Assembly: GCA_965243205.1 (NCBI GenBank)
Contig: CBDEUK010000002.1
Coordinates: 416,001-480,000, forward strand
Source of the DNA: Gammaproteobacteria bacterium
GTDB lineage: Bacteria; Pseudomonadota; Gammaproteobacteria; Eutrophobiales; Eutrophobiaceae
DNA: 64,000 nucleotides
Direction of reading: 5' to 3'
Part shown: positions 61,832-64,000 of the stretch, one piece after another
Layout: every line of letters begins with the position of its first letter
Position numbering within the stretch: the stretch's first letter is position 1
Made by a program: the position numbers and the translations under genes
Notes under the pieces: generated by a model
Database searches by the model: none
Told to the model about the DNA's origin: nothing
The model's input: only the letters and a program-made list of their open reading frames with translations

Positions 61832-63364
61832 ATGCAAAGTTGGAATTCAAGTTTTAAAGCCTTTTTACATCCTCGTGTTATTACCATGTTGTTTTTTGGC
61901 TTTTCAGCTGGCATTCCTTTGCTACTTATTTTTTCATCTCTGGGTTTGTGGTTAAGGGAAGCGGGGTTAGAACGTTCTACCGTGACCTACTTTAGTTGGG
62001 CAGCCTTAGCTTATTCTTTTAAATTTGTATGGGCTCCATTAGTCGATTCTATACCAATTCCATTATTGACTAAAAAACTAGGAAGAAGACGTGCTTGGAT
62101 TTTAATTTCTCAATTTTCAATTATTTTAGCAATTAGCTTAATGGCTCTAACCGATCCATCACAAGGCACACACCAAGTAACTATGATGGCTTTAGCCACT
62201 ATCCTTTTAGGTTTTTCATCTGCTACTCAAGATATTGTGATCGATGCTTACCGAATAGAATCTGCATCTAGTGATTTACAAGCTCTTATGTCATCAACCT
62301 ATATTACAGGTTATCGAATTGCCATGATTATATCGGGGGCGGGAAGTTTATATTTAGCAAGTTTTTTTGGTTCAACCTCTGAATCATATAATTACACTGC
62401 TTGGCAAAGCACTTATTTATGTATGAGTCTAGTGATGTTAATTGGAGTTACAACAACTTTATTGATAAAAGAACCTCACATAAATAGATCAAAAAATTAT
62501 AACTACGACAAAAATACATACCTTAGAATCTTTATAACTTTTATATTATCAGTCACTGGTTTTATCTTATTATTTTTTATCAGCTCAGAAACAGCTAATA
62601 CATGGAAAATTACTTTATCTAATTATACAAACAACCAGATACTTAGTAACTTTACCGTAGAAGCACTTAGGTTAATCATTGCTACTACATTAGCTTTTAT
62701 CATTGCATTGTTATGCATAAAATTAAATATTGTTGATAAAAAAATTGTTGCTAATACTTACATTGAACCAATTGCTGATTTTTTTAATCGTTACCAATTA
62801 AAACTTGCTCTGTTATTACTCATATTAATTTGCCTCTATCGAATCTCCGATATTGTTCTTGGAGTTATTGCAAATATTTTTTATCAAGATATAGGTTATA
62901 GTAAAAATGAAATTGCTACTGTTGTGAAAACTTTTGGGGTTTTTATGACTATCTTAGGTGGTTTTATTGGCGGAGTATTATCATATCGATATGGAATAAT
63001 AAAAATATTATCACTTGGTGCAGTATTAACAGTTGTTACTAATTTATTATTTATGTTGCTTGCAGAAATTGGATACAATATCACTTTACTTTATATCGTA
63101 ATTTCGGCCGATAATCTTGCGGCAGGTATTGCAAGCGCTGCTTTTATTGCATTTTTATCTAAACTAACAAATATTAGTTTTACAGCCATGCAATATGCAA
63201 TATTTAGTTCTTTTATGACTTTATTTCCAAAAATAATCGGCGGTTACTCTGGCTCAATTGTAGACCAGATTGGTTATTCACAATTTTTTCTATTTGCTTC
63301 TTTACTAGGACTACCAGTATTAGGCATTATTTATTTAAGTAATAAATATTTAAAATTTGATTAA
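61832..63364 (+). CDS. ampG: AmpG-family muropeptide MFS permease
   Basis: GFSAGIP, YSFKFVWAPLVD, GRRRAW, SATQDIVIDAYRIE and FTAMQYAIFSS motifs. Confidence 0.93.
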   Translation: MQSWNSSFKAFLHPRVITMLFFGFSAGIPLLLIFSSLGLWLREAGLERSTVTYFSWAALAYSFKFVWAPLVDSIPIPLLTKKLGRRRAWILISQFSIILAISLMALTDPSQGTHQVTMMALATILLGFSSATQDIVIDAYRIESASSDLQALMSSTYITGYRIAMIISGAGSLYLASFFGSTSESYNYTAWQSTYLCMSLVMLIGVTTTLLIKEPHINRSKNYNYDKNTYLRIFITFILSVTGFILLFFISSETANTWKITLSNYTNNQILSNFTVEALRLIIATTLAFIIALLCIKLNIVDKKIVANTYIEPIADFFNRYQLKLALLLLILICLYRISDIVLGVIANIFYQDIGYSKNEIATVVKTFGVFMTILGGFIGGVLSYRYGIIKILSLGAVLTVVTNLLFMLLAEIGYNITLLYIVISADNLAAGIASAAFIAFLSKLTNISFTAMQYAIFSSFMTLFPKIIGGYSGSIVDQIGYSQFFLFASLLGLPVLGIIYLSNKYLKFD

Positions 63365-63367
63365 AAC

Positions 63368-63850
63368 ATGGCAACAGAGATAGAACGTAAATTTTTAGTC
63401 ATAAATGATGACTGGAAAAAACAAGTTTATAAACAAGAACATTATATTCAAGCATATTTATATACCAATGATAAAAGCTCTACGCGAATTCGTATATGCA
63501 ATGATAAAGCAAATATAAATATTAAAAGTTCAACCATAGGAATCACCCGCGCTGAATATGATTATGAATTACCGATTGATGAAGCTAAAGAAATAGTTGA
63601 AAACCTTTGCGAAAGGCCTTTCATTGAAAAAATGCGTTATTTTGTAAGACATGTAGAACATGTATGGGAGATTGATGTATTTGCAAGAGAAAACGAAGGT
63701 TTAGTAGTGGCTGAAGTTGAATTAGAGTCTACAATTCAAACATTCGAAAAACCAAATTGGGCTGGTCAAGATGTTTCAGATGATCCGAAATATTATAATG
63801 TATTACTAGTTACCACCCCTTTTAATACTTGGCCTGAAAATCAAAAATAA
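63368..63850 (+). CDS. CYTH-domain (triphosphate tunnel) protein
   Basis: EIERKFLV, R.EYDY, KMRY, WEIDVF and AEVEL motifs. Confidence 0.92.
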   Translation: MATEIERKFLVINDDWKKQVYKQEHYIQAYLYTNDKSSTRIRICNDKANINIKSSTIGITRAEYDYELPIDEAKEIVENLCERPFIEKMRYFVRHVEHVWEIDVFARENEGLVVAEVELESTIQTFEKPNWAGQDVSDDPKYYNVLLVTTPFNTWPENQK

Positions 63851-63853
63851 CTT

Positions 63854-64000
63854 TTATTCTACGATGGCATGTGATGTTTTTGGACGCATGATCAACCACG
63901 CTAAATAGCCTAAAGGCCATACGGCTAAAGCATAAAACCAACCTAAAATTAATGCCAACGCCCCACCTACAATAAACATAAGTGGTAAAATTAAGCCTTT
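63854..64000 (-). CDS. C-terminus of a membrane protein entering from the window end
   Basis: Manual translation KGLILPLMFIVGGALALILGWFYALAVWPLGYLAWLIMRPKTSHAIVE*. Confidence 0.6.
   Translation of the reverse strand, partial: KGLILPLMFIVGGALALILGWFYALAVWPLGYLAWLIMRPKTSHAIVE

Overview
AT-rich chromosomal backbone of a free-living, probably motile gammaproteobacterium. It is mostly housekeeping: rarA-lolA-ftsK/trxB, aat-bpt-infA, kdsB-lpxK-exbBD-comEC-lolCD, tsaB, asnS, yoaA, epmA-efp-epmB, parC-parE, xseB-ispA-folE2, mazG, moaB, hrpA and ampG. I found no rRNA, tRNA, CRISPR array, integrase or transposase. The most interesting signal is non-coding: four intergenic gaps hold candidate small RNAs. 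Three carry a CU-rich anti-Shine-Dalgarno motif (CUCCU(C/U)C) upstream of an intrinsic terminator, each behind a different alternative-sigma promoter: sigma28 at 34.8 kb, sigma54 plus IHF at 41.8 kb, and the 3' UTR of a sigmaE-type transcript at 61.7 kb. The fourth is a structured RNA antisense to the parE-parC spacer, with a textbook TGTC-N10-GACA enhancer, IHF site and sigma54 promoter (a glmY-like layout). Notable proteins are a Lys-terminated Lpp/OprI-like lipoprotein next to an L,D-transpeptidase, a Tat-signal HDAC, a CMD-Rieske fusion, a PP2C-TM-FGE fusion and an apparently foreign asnS. msbA and dxs are missing from their usual positions. All calls come from reading the sequence by eye; no database searches were run.
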